A stretch of 64,000 nucleotides of DNA, taken from positions 245-64,244 of the forward strand of contig SHYW01000007.1 in assembly GCA_009692615.1 (NCBI GenBank). Direction: 5' to 3'. Within the stretch, counting starts at the first letter, position 1. Each line of letters begins with the position of its first letter. The position numbers were made by a program, and so were the translations under genes. The notes beneath the pieces are model-generated. The model was given only the letters and a program-made list of their open reading frames with translations. It searched no databases and had not been told where the DNA came from. Positions 29,969-39,832 of this stretch are shown in pieces. The DNA is from Deltaproteobacteria bacterium (lineage in GTDB: Bacteria > Desulfobacterota > Binatia > UBA9968).

Positions 29969-30003
29969 TTATTCAAGACCGCGGTTAATATAGGAGTATT
30001 GGT

Positions 30004-30867
30004 ATGATGAAGTTACTTACGCCCCCTCTATCGGCTCGGCACAAAGGCATTGTCGGCCTGTTCGCGTTGGTGTGCGCCAATTTCTTGGCATACTGCGAAC
30101 TGGTTTTGAGCGACGGGCTCAACTTTTCCTATCTCTATTTGCTACCGGTTTTTCTCGCCAGCTGGTTCGCTTCCCGTGCCATGGGCATCACCGTGGGAAT
30201 TTGGGCCTCGGCGGTTTGGTTCGCCGGCGAAATGATCCTCGCGCGAAACTACGCCAACGCTTCGACTCCCATGTGGAATTTGCTGACCCGAGCCGGCGCC
30301 TTCGTCGCCTCAGCCGCGATCCTGGCGCAACTCCGCGCCAAATTCGAAGAAATGTCGAAACTGGCGGCGCGCGATTTTCTTACCGGACTACCCAACGGCA
30401 ACGCATTTTACGAATTGGCGGCCAGCGAAATGAACCAGGCATCGAGCACTGAACCGCTGACCTTGGCCACGATCTTGGTCACTGGCGTGCAGATGGTCAA
30501 CTATCGCTTCGGCTATTCGGCCGGCGATCGAGTGCTGTGCACCATCGCCAAGACGATCCAACAGCAAGCGCCACGGCCCGATCTAGTCGGCCGCATGGGC
30601 GGCACTTCGTTCTCAGTACTGTTACCCAACACGACCTCGGAAAATGCCCATGCGATTCTCCAGAAGATACACGAAGCGCTCGACGTCCAACGCCATCAAT
30701 TTGCCGGTCCCGTAACTTTCTGCTTCAGCGCCATCGCGTGTGCCGAGTCAACCAAGACGCTCGCCGAGCTGCTCTACCAAGCCGACAACCAGATGGAGAG
30801 CATAAAAGTCGCCGGCAAGGACCACATTCAAATATCCCCGGTTGAAGATATGCCGGCGTTGAACTAA
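30004..30867 (+). CDS. membrane protein with degenerate GGDEF (diguanylate cyclase-like) domain
   Basis: N-terminal TM segments; DFLTGLPNGNAF start of GGDEF domain; GG(D/E)EF position reads RMGGTSF, likely catalytically inactive. Confidence 0.55.
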   Translation: MMKLLTPPLSARHKGIVGLFALVCANFLAYCELVLSDGLNFSYLYLLPVFLASWFASRAMGITVGIWASAVWFAGEMILARNYANASTPMWNLLTRAGAFVASAAILAQLRAKFEEMSKLAARDFLTGLPNGNAFYELAASEMNQASSTEPLTLATILVTGVQMVNYRFGYSAGDRVLCTIAKTIQQQAPRPDLVGRMGGTSFSVLLPNTTSENAHAILQKIHEALDVQRHQFAGPVTFCFSAIACAESTKTLAELLYQADNQMESIKVAGKDHIQISPVEDMPALN

Positions 30868-31003
30868 ACGGAGCGAAGTGAAGAATGCGCCCGACAAATT
30901 TCGAACTTTTATTGCGAATTGTCCGGCAAATGTTCCCGTCTTCAATTGACGGGGATAAAGTAATCTTTGCGGTTCGGCGTCGGCGTCGAATATTTCCAAA
31001 ATT

Positions 31004-32026
31004 TCATTTATAGAGCGCGTTGATAAAACCGCTCTTGTCCAACTCCTGCAAAATGCTGTCATCGTAAAAGCGCTTGGGGTCTTGGCCCTTGGCTCGAGGA
31101 TTCACTTGTCCTAGTTCATCGAGCACGGCGCGAAACGCCTCCGGGGTTGGATACGGCACCCGCTTCAAATATTTGGTCGAAGCAACTTCGTAGGTTTCCG
31201 AGAGCATTTCTTTATCGGTGCTGCGAAAGTATTTGCCCATCACTTCCAGCGCAAAAGGCTTGTCCCGTTTGACCCGCGCGATCGCTTCGACCACCGCCTT
31301 GACGTAATTCACCGCCACCTCTTTGCGCTGGGTCACGAAACTGCGGCGCGCGGTGATTCCTGACGCCGCATAGGGCATGCCCAACGACGCAATGTCGAGC
31401 ATCTCGCGAAACCCTTCGCGCCGCGCTTGCACCAGCGTCGGATAGGAAAGTATCGCCGCTTGAATCCTTCCGCTGCGTAGCGCGCCCACCGCCGATGCCA
31501 CCGCGCCGACTTGGATCAAACTCACGTCCTTGACCGGTTCCATGCCATAGTGCTGGATGACGATCCGCGCCGCGGTATCGATCGACGTGCCGAAGCGGCT
31601 GATGCCGATCGCCTTGCCGCGCAAGTCTTCCGGTTTTTGAATCGTCGAATTGACCACCAAGCTGGTGAGCAAACGATCGTGAGTGATGCCCAATGAGATC
31701 ACGTCCGAGCCTCCGATGTTGGCGCTCGCCGTCGTGCTGCCGGCGATGGCGATGAATTCGATTTCGCCGGCGATGGTCGCCGCCATGCCTTCGTTACCGC
31801 TGGGAAACGCCACTTGATCGATGTCGAGGCCGTATTTTTTGAAATAGCCGCCTTCCTTCGCCACCCAAAACGGCGTCATGTTGCCGGAAAGCGACGCATA
31901 GCCCGATCGCAGCCGCCGTTCTTGGGCGGACAATGAAGTCGCAAGCAAAAGAAAAAGTAGCGCGATAACGCTAGTCGACTTGCGGATTGATCGACGGCAA
32001 GAAAACCATTTCATAACGTCCTCCAA
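31004..32026 (-). CDS. NMT1/THI5-like periplasmic substrate-binding protein
   Basis: signal peptide (MKWFSCRRSIRKSTSVIALLFLLLATSLSAQE); closely similar to 44521 ORF. Confidence 0.65.
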   Translation of the reverse strand: MEDVMKWFSCRRSIRKSTSVIALLFLLLATSLSAQERRLRSGYASLSGNMTPFWVAKEGGYFKKYGLDIDQVAFPSGNEGMAATIAGEIEFIAIAGSTTASANIGGSDVISLGITHDRLLTSLVVNSTIQKPEDLRGKAIGISRFGTSIDTAARIVIQHYGMEPVKDVSLIQVGAVASAVGALRSGRIQAAILSYPTLVQARREGFREMLDIASLGMPYAASGITARRSFVTQRKEVAVNYVKAVVEAIARVKRDKPFALEVMGKYFRSTDKEMLSETYEVASTKYLKRVPYPTPEAFRAVLDELGQVNPRAKGQDPKRFYDDSILQELDKSGFINALYK

Positions 32027-32111
32027 GCGAAAAACTGGGTAGTCGCAATTAGCTTACCGAGTTTTACGCTAAAGCAGGCCGGAGAGACAACTGCCGCAGC
32101 CTGAATGACAG

Positions 32112-32726
32112 CTAGGAATTGCCGCGCAATTGTTTAGTGAGCCAATCGACGATGGCGGCGACGCCGGTACCGTCCTTGAGATTGGAAAATAAGAAGGGTC
32201 GCGCGCCGCGCATTTTTTTGGCGTCGCGCTCCATCACGGTGAGATCGGCGCCGACGTAGGGGGCGAGATCGATTTTGTTGATCACCAATAAATCCGACTT
32301 GGTAATTCCCGGACCGCCTTTGCGTGGGATCTTGTCGCCGGCGCCGACATCGATGACGTAGATCATCAGATCGGCTAGCTCCGGACTGAAGCTCGCGGCG
32401 AGATTGTCGCCGCCCGATTCGATAAATATCAACTCAAGGCCGGCGAAGCGGCGATTGAGCCGCGCCACCGCTTCGAGATTGATCGAAGCATCCTCACGGA
32501 TCGCCGTGTGCGGACAGCCGCCGGTCTCGACACCGATGATGCGTTCCGGCGCCAACGCTTGATTGCGCACCAGAAACTGCGCGTCTTCCTCAGTGTAAAT
32601 ATCGTTGGTCACCACGGCGAGATTATATTTCTCGCGTAGCGCGCGGCAAAACGTTAGCGTGAGAGCAGTTTTGCCGGAGCCAACCGGCCCACCGATTCCC
32701 ACACATAAAGGCTGCGCGTCACTCAT
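32112..32726 (-). CDS. ureG: urease accessory GTPase UreG
   Basis: P-loop [19 protein letters not shown] motif; real start at internal Met (MSDAQPL); ORF-track extension to 32828 overlaps ureF. Confidence 0.9.
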   Translation of the reverse strand: MSDAQPLCVGIGGPVGSGKTALTLTFCRALREKYNLAVVTNDIYTEEDAQFLVRNQALAPERIIGVETGGCPHTAIREDASINLEAVARLNRRFAGLELIFIESGGDNLAASFSPELADLMIYVIDVGAGDKIPRKGGPGITKSDLLVINKIDLAPYVGADLTVMERDAKKMRGARPFLFSNLKDGTGVAAIVDWLTKQLRGNS

Positions 32727-32739
32727 GTACCACCGACAG

Positions 32740-33429
32740 CTAGGAACGAAATAAGCGAGAATATTGAGTTTCATGCTGGCTCGACAACAGCGCCAGCCCC
32801 GGTACGAAGCTACCGAGATCGTCGTCATCTAACAAAGCAATGCGATCGGCAATCGCGTCGAGCCGAGCGCCGACCGCGAGCAGCATCCGTTGGCCGTCGG
32901 TCTGGCCGAGCGGCACAGCTTTCACCGCGGCCATTACTTGGTTTTCCAACCACGACCAGAGATAGGCCACCAACGCCGATTGCGATGAAATCTGCCACTG
33001 CGCCACCGCGCAACCAAACGCGGTCGGATAGGCAATTTCTTCCAAGCGTGCCAGCTGCGCCCGCGTGTCGTCACTCATGCCAGTTAATTCAGTCAGCAAT
33101 TTTCTCAAGGAAAAACCCATCTGCAAAGTCTCCGCCCTGAGCTCGGAAGTTTCCCGGCTGGCGAGAAACAGCGCGTTCCATTTCTCCACCGCTGAGTAAT
33201 TCGGTACTTCCCACGCGGCGATCGAGCGCAACAGCACCGGGGCTTCCATGGGCGCGATGGAATATTCGAGCATGTCACCAATCCACCTTGCCGCGGTCGA
33301 TGCATCGCGAATTATTTTTATCTCAACCGCCGCTTCCAAACCCTGCGAATAGCTATAAGCCCCCACCGGCAACGCCGGGCTGGCGAGCTGCAACAAGCGC
33401 ACGAGACTAATGTCTTTATCAACTTTCAT
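32740..33429 (-). CDS. ureF: urease accessory protein UreF
   Basis: 229 aa; N-terminus [21 protein letters not shown] typical of UreF; position between ureE and ureG. Confidence 0.85.
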   Translation of the reverse strand: MKVDKDISLVRLLQLASPALPVGAYSYSQGLEAAVEIKIIRDASTAARWIGDMLEYSIAPMEAPVLLRSIAAWEVPNYSAVEKWNALFLASRETSELRAETLQMGFSLRKLLTELTGMSDDTRAQLARLEEIAYPTAFGCAVAQWQISSQSALVAYLWSWLENQVMAAVKAVPLGQTDGQRMLLAVGARLDAIADRIALLDDDDLGSFVPGLALLSSQHETQYSRLFRS

Positions 33430-33932
33430 CCGTCGGAACGCTCCGACGTGCCGAATTCATGAATCCGTCCTGAGTGATTTTCGCTCGGTTCATCATGAAA
33501 ATGAGCACTGCCATAAGCACCCGACTCGGGCTCGAAGGGCGCATCGATGTTCGTCAGCGTGGCGCCGAGACCACGCAGCATATTTTCTAACACATGATTT
33601 TCGCCGAGACGGAGGAATCCGTCGCCCACCTGCACCGGCACGTGACGATTGCCAAGGTGATAGGCCACCCGCGTGAGGTCGCAAACCGTTTTACATTCGA
33701 CATGAACAACACGCTCAACCATCGCAATAACTTCAATGACGCGGCCGTCCGCAGCCAACAGTCTATCGCCGCCGCGCAAGTTCGCGCCGCGCCCGAGCTT
33801 CACTGCCACTTCTTCGCCGGACACCAGCGCGGCAAAGAGCCAGCGCTTCTGGCGCAAATCGAAAGGCAAGCGCAGTTGACCCTGCACTTCGCCTTGCGCA
33901 CCTGAAGGTAATTTCGCGGTGATCTCAATCAT
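33426..33932 (-). CDS. ureE: urease accessory (nickel chaperone) protein UreE
   Basis: 168 aa; UreE N-domain and His-rich C-terminus (HFHDEPSENHSGRIHEFG); 4-nt overlap with ureF. Confidence 0.8.
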   Translation of the reverse strand: MIEITAKLPSGAQGEVQGQLRLPFDLRQKRWLFAALVSGEEVAVKLGRGANLRGGDRLLAADGRVIEVIAMVERVVHVECKTVCDLTRVAYHLGNRHVPVQVGDGFLRLGENHVLENMLRGLGATLTNIDAPFEPESGAYGSAHFHDEPSENHSGRIHEFGTSERSDG

Positions 33933-35629
33933 CAGAATAAAAAGTAGCGCTGCGCCAATGGCAACACTTGGGCCGGCGCGCAGATCAGCAGCTCACCATC
34001 GGCGCGCACTTGATAGGTCTCGGGATCGACGTCGATCTTGGGCTGATAGTTGTTGTGCACCATGTCTTTCTTTCTCAGCTTGCGGGTATTTTTCACCGCC
34101 TCCAACGGCCGCGACAGCTTTAATTTTTGCAGCGCGCCATTTCTCAAGCTCGCTTTTGAGACGAAGGTCACCGAAGTATTTAACGCCTTGCCGAAGGCGC
34201 CGAACATCGGCCGGTAATGCACCGGTTGCGGCGTCGGGATCGAGGCGTTGGCATCGCCCATGGCCGCCGCTGCAATCATACCGCCTTTGATGATCAGCTC
34301 GGGCTTGGCGCCGAAGAACGCCGGCTTCCACAAAACCAGATCGGCGAGCTTGCCCTCTTCCACCGAGCCGACGAGATGCGCGATGCCATGGGTCAGGGCC
34401 GGATTGATCGTGTACTTGGCGATGTAACGCTTGACCCGATTGTTGTCATGCTGCACCGGATCGCCGCGCAGCGCGCCGCGCTGGTTTTTCATTTTGTGCG
34501 CCGTCTGCCAGGTGCGAATGATCACTTCGCCGACGCGCCCCATCGCTTGCGAATCGGAGGACATCATCGAGAAGGCGCCGAGGTCGTGCAGAATATCTTC
34601 CGCCGCGATGGTTTCTTTGCGAATGCGCGACTCGGCGAACGCCACGTCCTCGGCGATGCTCGGATCGAGATGATGGCAGACCATGAGCATGTCGAGATGT
34701 TCGGCGATGGTGTTGACCGTGTAGGGCCGGGTCGGATTGGTTGACGACGGCAAGACATTAGGCTCGCCACAGACTTTTATGATATCCGGCGCGTGGCCGC
34801 CGCCCGCGCCTTCAGTATGAAAGGTATGAATCGTCCGGCCTTTAAACGCCTGCACCGTCGCTTCGACGAAACCGGATTCGTTCAACGTGTCGGTGTGAAT
34901 CGCCACCTGCACATCCATCTTGTCGGCGACCGACAAACAATTGTCGATGGCCGCCGGCGTCGTGCCCCAATCCTCGTGCAGTTTTAATCCGATGGCGCCG
35001 GCGTTGACCTGCTCGACCAGCGGCGCAGGCAAACTCGCGTTGCCTTTACCGAAAAAACCGAGATTCATCGGAAACGCTTCCGCCGCCGCGAGCATGGAGT
35101 GAATATGCCATGGCCCCGGCGTACACGTCGTCGCGAAAGTCCCGGTCGCCGGACCGGTGCCGCCGCCAAGCATGGTCGTCACGCCCGACATCAACGCTTC
35201 GTCGATCTGCTGCGGGCAGATGAAATGAATATGCGAATCGATGCCGCCGGCGGTGACAATCTTGCCTTCGCCGGCGATCGCTTCGGTGGCCGCGCCGATG
35301 GGAATCGTCACGCCCGGCTGAATATCTGGGTTGCCGGCCTTGCCGATCTTCCAGATGCGGCCGTTCTTGATGCCGATGTCGGCTTTGACAATTCCCCAGT
35401 GATCGATGATCAAGGCGTTGGTGATCACCGTATCCGCGACTTTGGCCGCGCCGAGTTGGCTTTGCCCCATGCCGTCGCGAATCACTTTGCCGCCGCCGAA
35501 CTTCACCTCTTCGCCGTAGACGGTGAAATCTTTTTCTACTTCGACCCACAAATCGGTATCGGCGAGCCGTACGCGATCGCCCACCGTCGGCCCGAACATC
35601 TCCGCGTAGGCATGGCGGGCTATTTTCAT
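33932..35629 (-). CDS. ureC: urease alpha subunit UreC
   Basis: 565 aa; [56 protein letters not shown] conserved N-terminus; nickel-site His/Lys-rich regions. Confidence 0.95.
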   Translation of the reverse strand: MKIARHAYAEMFGPTVGDRVRLADTDLWVEVEKDFTVYGEEVKFGGGKVIRDGMGQSQLGAAKVADTVITNALIIDHWGIVKADIGIKNGRIWKIGKAGNPDIQPGVTIPIGAATEAIAGEGKIVTAGGIDSHIHFICPQQIDEALMSGVTTMLGGGTGPATGTFATTCTPGPWHIHSMLAAAEAFPMNLGFFGKGNASLPAPLVEQVNAGAIGLKLHEDWGTTPAAIDNCLSVADKMDVQVAIHTDTLNESGFVEATVQAFKGRTIHTFHTEGAGGGHAPDIIKVCGEPNVLPSSTNPTRPYTVNTIAEHLDMLMVCHHLDPSIAEDVAFAESRIRKETIAAEDILHDLGAFSMMSSDSQAMGRVGEVIIRTWQTAHKMKNQRGALRGDPVQHDNNRVKRYIAKYTINPALTHGIAHLVGSVEEGKLADLVLWKPAFFGAKPELIIKGGMIAAAAMGDANASIPTPQPVHYRPMFGAFGKALNTSVTFVSKASLRNGALQKLKLSRPLEAVKNTRKLRKKDMVHNNYQPKIDVDPETYQVRADGELLICAPAQVLPLAQRYFLF

Positions 35630-35934
35630 TTCAGCGCTCCCATCACTTTGCCGTTGAAGCCGTAAATTTTTCGTCCGCCGGCCATCGCCACCAACTCCAC
35701 CGTCCGTGTCTGCCCCGGCTCAAAGCGTAACGCCGTGCCGGCGGCGATGTTCAAACGAAAACCCAGAGTTTTCTTTCTCTCGAACTTGAGCGCTTCGTTG
35801 GTTTCAAAAAAATGATAGTGCGAACCGACTTGAATCGGCCGATCGCCGCTGTTGGTGACTTCGAGCATCAAAGTCTGGCGCCCTTTGTTGAGCTCGATGT
35901 CGCCGTCGACAATTTTCATTTCACCAGGAATCAT
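35626..35934 (-). CDS. ureB: urease beta subunit UreB
   Basis: 102 aa from MIPGEMK... with GGAGAG RBS; 4-nt overlap with ureC; ORF-track N-terminal extension is the palindromic spacer read through. Confidence 0.9.
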   Translation of the reverse strand: MIPGEMKIVDGDIELNKGRQTLMLEVTNSGDRPIQVGSHYHFFETNEALKFERKKTLGFRLNIAAGTALRFEPGQTRTVELVAMAGGRKIYGFNGKVMGALK

Positions 35935-36058
35935 CTCACTCTCCTCTACACTCGAATCCTCTAATACCCTCTCCCTCTGGGAGAGGGCAAGGGTGAGGGC
36001 TCTGCACGAATGGGCCCTCACCTCGATCCTGTCCCAGAGGGAGAGGAGGTAAGAATGA
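35935..36058. repeat. 124-nt palindromic insert between ureA and ureB (nested inverted repeats: CCCTCTCCC-tct-GGGAGAGGG; GGGTGAGGGC...GCCCTCACC; CCTCTCCCTCTGGGA...TCCCAGAGGGAGAGG)
   Basis: perfect 9-bp stem/3-nt loop hairpin plus two longer-range inverted repeats; ureA-ureB are normally nearly contiguous. Confidence 0.7.
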
Positions 36059-36361
36059 CTAAACAATCGGCTGATGCACCGTCACCAACTTCGTGCCATC
36101 GGGAAAAGTCGCTTCGACTTGAATCTCCGGAATCATCTCCGCGACGCCTTCCATCACGTCGTCGCGGCTTAATAACGTCGCGCCCCAGCCCATTAAATCA
36201 GAAACGCTGCGGCCATCGCGCGCCCCTTCCATGATCGCCGCGCTGATAAACGCCACCGCTTCGGGATAGTTGAGCTTCACGCCGCGGGCTTTGCGCCGCT
36301 CGGCGAGGAGCGCGGCGGTAAATATTAGCAGTTTATCTTTTTCTCTCGGGGTTAGTTCCAT
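36059..36361 (-). CDS. ureA: urease gamma subunit UreA
   Basis: 100 aa; [37 protein letters not shown] nearly invariant UreA sequence. Confidence 0.95.
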   Translation of the reverse strand: MELTPREKDKLLIFTAALLAERRKARGVKLNYPEAVAFISAAIMEGARDGRSVSDLMGWGATLLSRDDVMEGVAEMIPEIQVEATFPDGTKLVTVHQPIV

Positions 36362-36373
36362 GGGGATCTCCGA

Positions 36374-37249
36374 TTAAGTCCGCCAAATGCGCGGATCGAT
36401 GGCTTCGCGGCCGACAACTACGAGACGCAAAATATGCCACAACTGAATGAAATAATTTTTCGCCGCCTCGCTCGATGCTCCCAAATATCGCCCAACTATT
36501 AAACCCGGCAACAACGTCGCCGCGCCTGCGCCATTTATCGGCCGTAATGCGCGACAAGCGTTTAGCGCGGTAGAATCCAATTTAGCTGAGGCGACAAGCA
36601 AAGTACCAACAACCGTGCGATCCGCCATGACCACCGCCGAACGCAACGCCGCACCGCCGCCTTCAAGCCGGCCATTTTCAAACCATAGCGGCCGGCCGTC
36701 CCGTTCGATCAACGTGCGTGCGCGCAAATTGCCGCGAGAAAATTTTTCTCCCGACCCGCTGCGTCCCAAACAGCAGATTTCCCAACCGATAAAACTGCTG
36801 TCGCCGGCTAGCCTCACCGCCGTGCGCATCTCGGCATGAGCCTGGTTAAAAATAATATTTTCCTGCGGCAACCATTCGAGGCAGGCGCCAGGGCTGATGT
36901 CGAATTGCAGGGATTGGCGCGCCAGCTCGCCAGCCGAACGGTACCATTTACCGGCACCCGGGGTGGTTAACAACGCATGAGCTGTTACGTCCAGCCGCGC
37001 GCTCAAGCGCAGATCATCGCCGCCGGCAATGCCACCCGGCGGATGAACAACGATCGAATGACAAACCCCATCGCCTTCCGGATAGAGCGATTTTTGGACT
37101 ACCAGTGGACCGTCGTGACGGCGCGCCGCCAATACCGTGCGCGCACCACGCCGCTGGTAGTCGAGGGCCAATTCGGCGCGCCAACCGATTTCGTTTTCGT
37201 AAACTGCCAACATGGACGGATCATACCGCAAGTCGGCCGCGCACGTCAT
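36374..37249 (-). CDS. ureD: urease accessory protein UreD (UreH)
   Basis: 291 aa; position upstream of ureA in ureDABCEFG order; UreD family similarity. Confidence 0.8.
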   Translation of the reverse strand: MTCAADLRYDPSMLAVYENEIGWRAELALDYQRRGARTVLAARRHDGPLVVQKSLYPEGDGVCHSIVVHPPGGIAGGDDLRLSARLDVTAHALLTTPGAGKWYRSAGELARQSLQFDISPGACLEWLPQENIIFNQAHAEMRTAVRLAGDSSFIGWEICCLGRSGSGEKFSRGNLRARTLIERDGRPLWFENGRLEGGGAALRSAVVMADRTVVGTLLVASAKLDSTALNACRALRPINGAGAATLLPGLIVGRYLGASSEAAKNYFIQLWHILRLVVVGREAIDPRIWRT

Positions 37250-37910
37250 CCTTATCCATGTCGACGCCCAAGCCGCGCTGCACGATCACGCCGCGCTGCA
37301 TGACGAAATATTGATCGGCCAGCGAGCGCGCGAAGTCATAATACTGTTCGACCAGTAGGATCGCCATATCGCCGCGCTTTGCCAAGCTTTGAATCACCCG
37401 CTCGATATCCTTGATGATCGAAGGCTGAATCCCTTCGGTGGGCTCGTCGAGAATCAGTAATTTTGGTTTGGTCAGCAGCGCCCGGCCGATGGCCAGTTGC
37501 TGCTGCTGGCCGCCGGAAAGATCGCCGCCGCGCCGCTGCCGCATGGTATGCAGCACCGGAAACATTTCGTAAATCTCCGGCGCGATTTTCTGAATTTTCT
37601 GTCCGGCCAGCCCGGTGAGCAAGTTTTCCTCCACCGTTAGGCGCGGAAAAATGTCTCGCCCCTGGGGCACGTAGGCCATGCCGCGCCGGGCTCGTACATA
37701 AGGCGCCGCCCACGTCACATCTTGGCCGGCGAACTCAATCTTGCCGGAACGAACCCCTTCCAAACCCATCAACGTTTTCAACAGCGTGCTTTTGCCCACG
37801 CCATTGCGCCCAAGCACCGCCGTGCAACTTCCCGCGGCGATTTCAAAAGAGATGTCGTTCAGCGTGTGGCTGCCGCCATAGTAATGATTTAAATTTTCCA
37901 CCCGCAGCAT
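37221..37910 (-). CDS. urtE: urea ABC transporter ATP-binding protein UrtE
   Basis: 229 aa; Walker A GRNGVGKST; last gene of urtABCDE, directly upstream of ure genes. Confidence 0.85.
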   Translation of the reverse strand: MLRVENLNHYYGGSHTLNDISFEIAAGSCTAVLGRNGVGKSTLLKTLMGLEGVRSGKIEFAGQDVTWAAPYVRARRGMAYVPQGRDIFPRLTVEENLLTGLAGQKIQKIAPEIYEMFPVLHTMRQRRGGDLSGGQQQQLAIGRALLTKPKLLILDEPTEGIQPSIIKDIERVIQSLAKRGDMAILLVEQYYDFARSLADQYFVMQRGVIVQRGLGVDMDKDDVRGRLAV

Positions 37911-37912
37911 GG

Positions 37913-38743
37913 TCAGCGTCCCAGATAAACTTCGATCACCCGCTCGTCGTTCTGCACCGTTTCCATGGAACCCTCGGCGAGCACGCTGCCTTCGTGCAGT
38001 ACGGTCACCTTGCGCTTGAGCGAGGCGACAAAGTCCATGTCATGCTCGACGACGATCAGCGAATGCTCCCCTTCCAGCGATAAAAATAATTCCGCCGTGC
38101 GCTCGGTTTCTTCATCGCTCATGCCGGCGGCGGGTTCGTCGAGCAAGAGAATTTTCGGCGCCTGCATCAGCAGCATGCCGATTTCCAGCCACTGCTTTTG
38201 ACCGTGCGACAAAAGCCCGGCGGGTTCGTCCATCCGGTCCGAAAGATTAATTCGTTTGAGCATTTCATGAATGCGGTCTTGCTGCTCCGAGCTACGCCGG
38301 TGCCACAGCGTGCTCCACACGCCCTTCGGCCCGTCCATGGCGAGATCGAGATTTTCAAATACGCTGTGATTCTCGAACACCGATGGTTTTTGAAATTTTC
38401 TGCCGATGCCGAGGCGAGCGATTTCATATTCGGTGCGCTGGGTGAGATCGATGGTCTGGCCGAGAAAAATGCTGCCGCTGTCGATGGCGGTTTTGCCGGT
38501 GATGACATCCATCATGGTGGTTTTGCCGGCGCCGTTGGGACCGATGACGCAACGTAGCTCGCCGGCGTCGATGGCGAGGGACAGCTCGTTGAGGGCGCGG
38601 AAGCCGTCGAAGCTCACCGTCACGCTGTCGAGGTAGAGGACCACGCCATGGGAAACATCGATCCGATCGGCAGCGACCAGATGACTCATGCCGCTGGCCA
38701 CCGCGCCGCCGTCAAGCGCGGAATTGACAACTTCCGTGCTCAT
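37913..38743 (-). CDS. urtD: urea ABC transporter ATP-binding protein UrtD
   Basis: starts at internal Met (MSTEVVNS) with ATGA overlap of urtC stop; Walker A GPNGAGKTT; ORF-track extension to 39154 overlaps urtC. Confidence 0.85.
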   Translation of the reverse strand: MSTEVVNSALDGGAVASGMSHLVAADRIDVSHGVVLYLDSVTVSFDGFRALNELSLAIDAGELRCVIGPNGAGKTTMMDVITGKTAIDSGSIFLGQTIDLTQRTEYEIARLGIGRKFQKPSVFENHSVFENLDLAMDGPKGVWSTLWHRRSSEQQDRIHEMLKRINLSDRMDEPAGLLSHGQKQWLEIGMLLMQAPKILLLDEPAAGMSDEETERTAELFLSLEGEHSLIVVEHDMDFVASLKRKVTVLHEGSVLAEGSMETVQNDERVIEVYLGR

Positions 38744-39831
38744 CGCGCCGAACTCCTGCGCCAGCCCATCACGCCTTGCGGGAGAAACAGCGTCACGACA
38801 ACAAACAGCGCGCCGAGAAAATAAAGCCAGAGTTCCGGCCAAGCGACGGTAAAATAACTCTTGGCGCCGTTGACGACGGCGGCGCCGACCAACGCGCCGA
38901 CCAGCGTGCCGCGCCCGCCCACTGCCACCCAGATAGCGATTTCGATGGAATTCGCCGGCGACATTTCGCTCGGATTGATGATGCCCACTTGGAGCACGTA
39001 GAGCGCGCCGGCGATGCCGCACAACACCGCCGATAAAGTCCAGACGAACAACTTGTAATCCCGCGTGTTGTAGCCGGAAAACATCGTGCGTGATTCGGCG
39101 TCGCGAATCGCCGTCAGCACCCGGCCGAATTTCGACGTGACGATGTAGCGGCACAGCAGCAAGCTTATTATTAGCAAAATCCCGGTGATCATGAATACGC
39201 TCACCCGCGTGACTGGACGGGCCAGGGAGAAACCGAGAATCCGTTTGAAATCGGTAAAGCCGTTGTTGCCGCCGAAGCCGGTGTCGTTGCGAAAGAACAG
39301 CAACATGAACGCGAAGGTCAGCGCTTGAGTGATAATCGAAAAGTAAACGCCTTTAATGCGCGAGCGAAACGCGAACCAACCGAAGATAAACGCCATCAAC
39401 GCCGGCACCAGAATAATTTTTACTAGCGCCAGCCAAAAATATTCACTGCCGGCCCAATACCAGGGGAATTCCTTCCAGTCGAGGAACACCATATAATCAG
39501 GTAAAAAACTGCGGTACTGCCCTTCGTTGCCGATCTCGCGCATCAGATACATGCCCATGGAATAACCGCCCAGGGCGAAGAACAATCCATGGCCAAGAGA
39601 CAAAATTCCCGCGAAACCCCAGATCATATCGAGCGCCAACGCCACCATCGCGTAGCACATGATCTTGCCGATCAGGAGCACGTAATAATCGGAAACATGC
39701 TGCGCGCTGGTCGGCGGCACAACCAAGCGCAGTAATGGAATTGCCATTAGAATAATCGTCCCAAACGCCGCCAGCCAAAGCCAAGCGCGCCGGTCGTAAA
39801 GTCTTGCCACAGCGGAAACGAAGCCGATCAT
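38740..39831 (-). CDS. urtC: urea ABC transporter permease UrtC
   Basis: 363 aa polytopic membrane protein of branched-chain-amino-acid (HAAT) permease type. Confidence 0.85.
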   Translation of the reverse strand: MIGFVSAVARLYDRRAWLWLAAFGTIILMAIPLLRLVVPPTSAQHVSDYYVLLIGKIMCYAMVALALDMIWGFAGILSLGHGLFFALGGYSMGMYLMREIGNEGQYRSFLPDYMVFLDWKEFPWYWAGSEYFWLALVKIILVPALMAFIFGWFAFRSRIKGVYFSIITQALTFAFMLLFFRNDTGFGGNNGFTDFKRILGFSLARPVTRVSVFMITGILLIISLLLCRYIVTSKFGRVLTAIRDAESRTMFSGYNTRDYKLFVWTLSAVLCGIAGALYVLQVGIINPSEMSPANSIEIAIWVAVGGRGTLVGALVGAAVVNGAKSYFTVAWPELWLYFLGALFVVVTLFLPQGVMGWRRSSAR

Positions 39832-39832
39832 A

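Noticed and set aside
30935-30953. Hairpin CCCGTCttcaattGACGGG between convergent GGDEF-like and SBP genes as terminator
   Set aside because: No flanking T-tract on either strand; structure alone insufficient to call a terminator
35935-36066. N-terminal 44-aa extension of UreB (and similar extensions of UrtD, UreG, several SBPs) in ORF track
   Set aside because: Extensions overlap upstream genes or palindromic DNA and lack RBS; conserved protein starts with good RBS lie at internal Met codons
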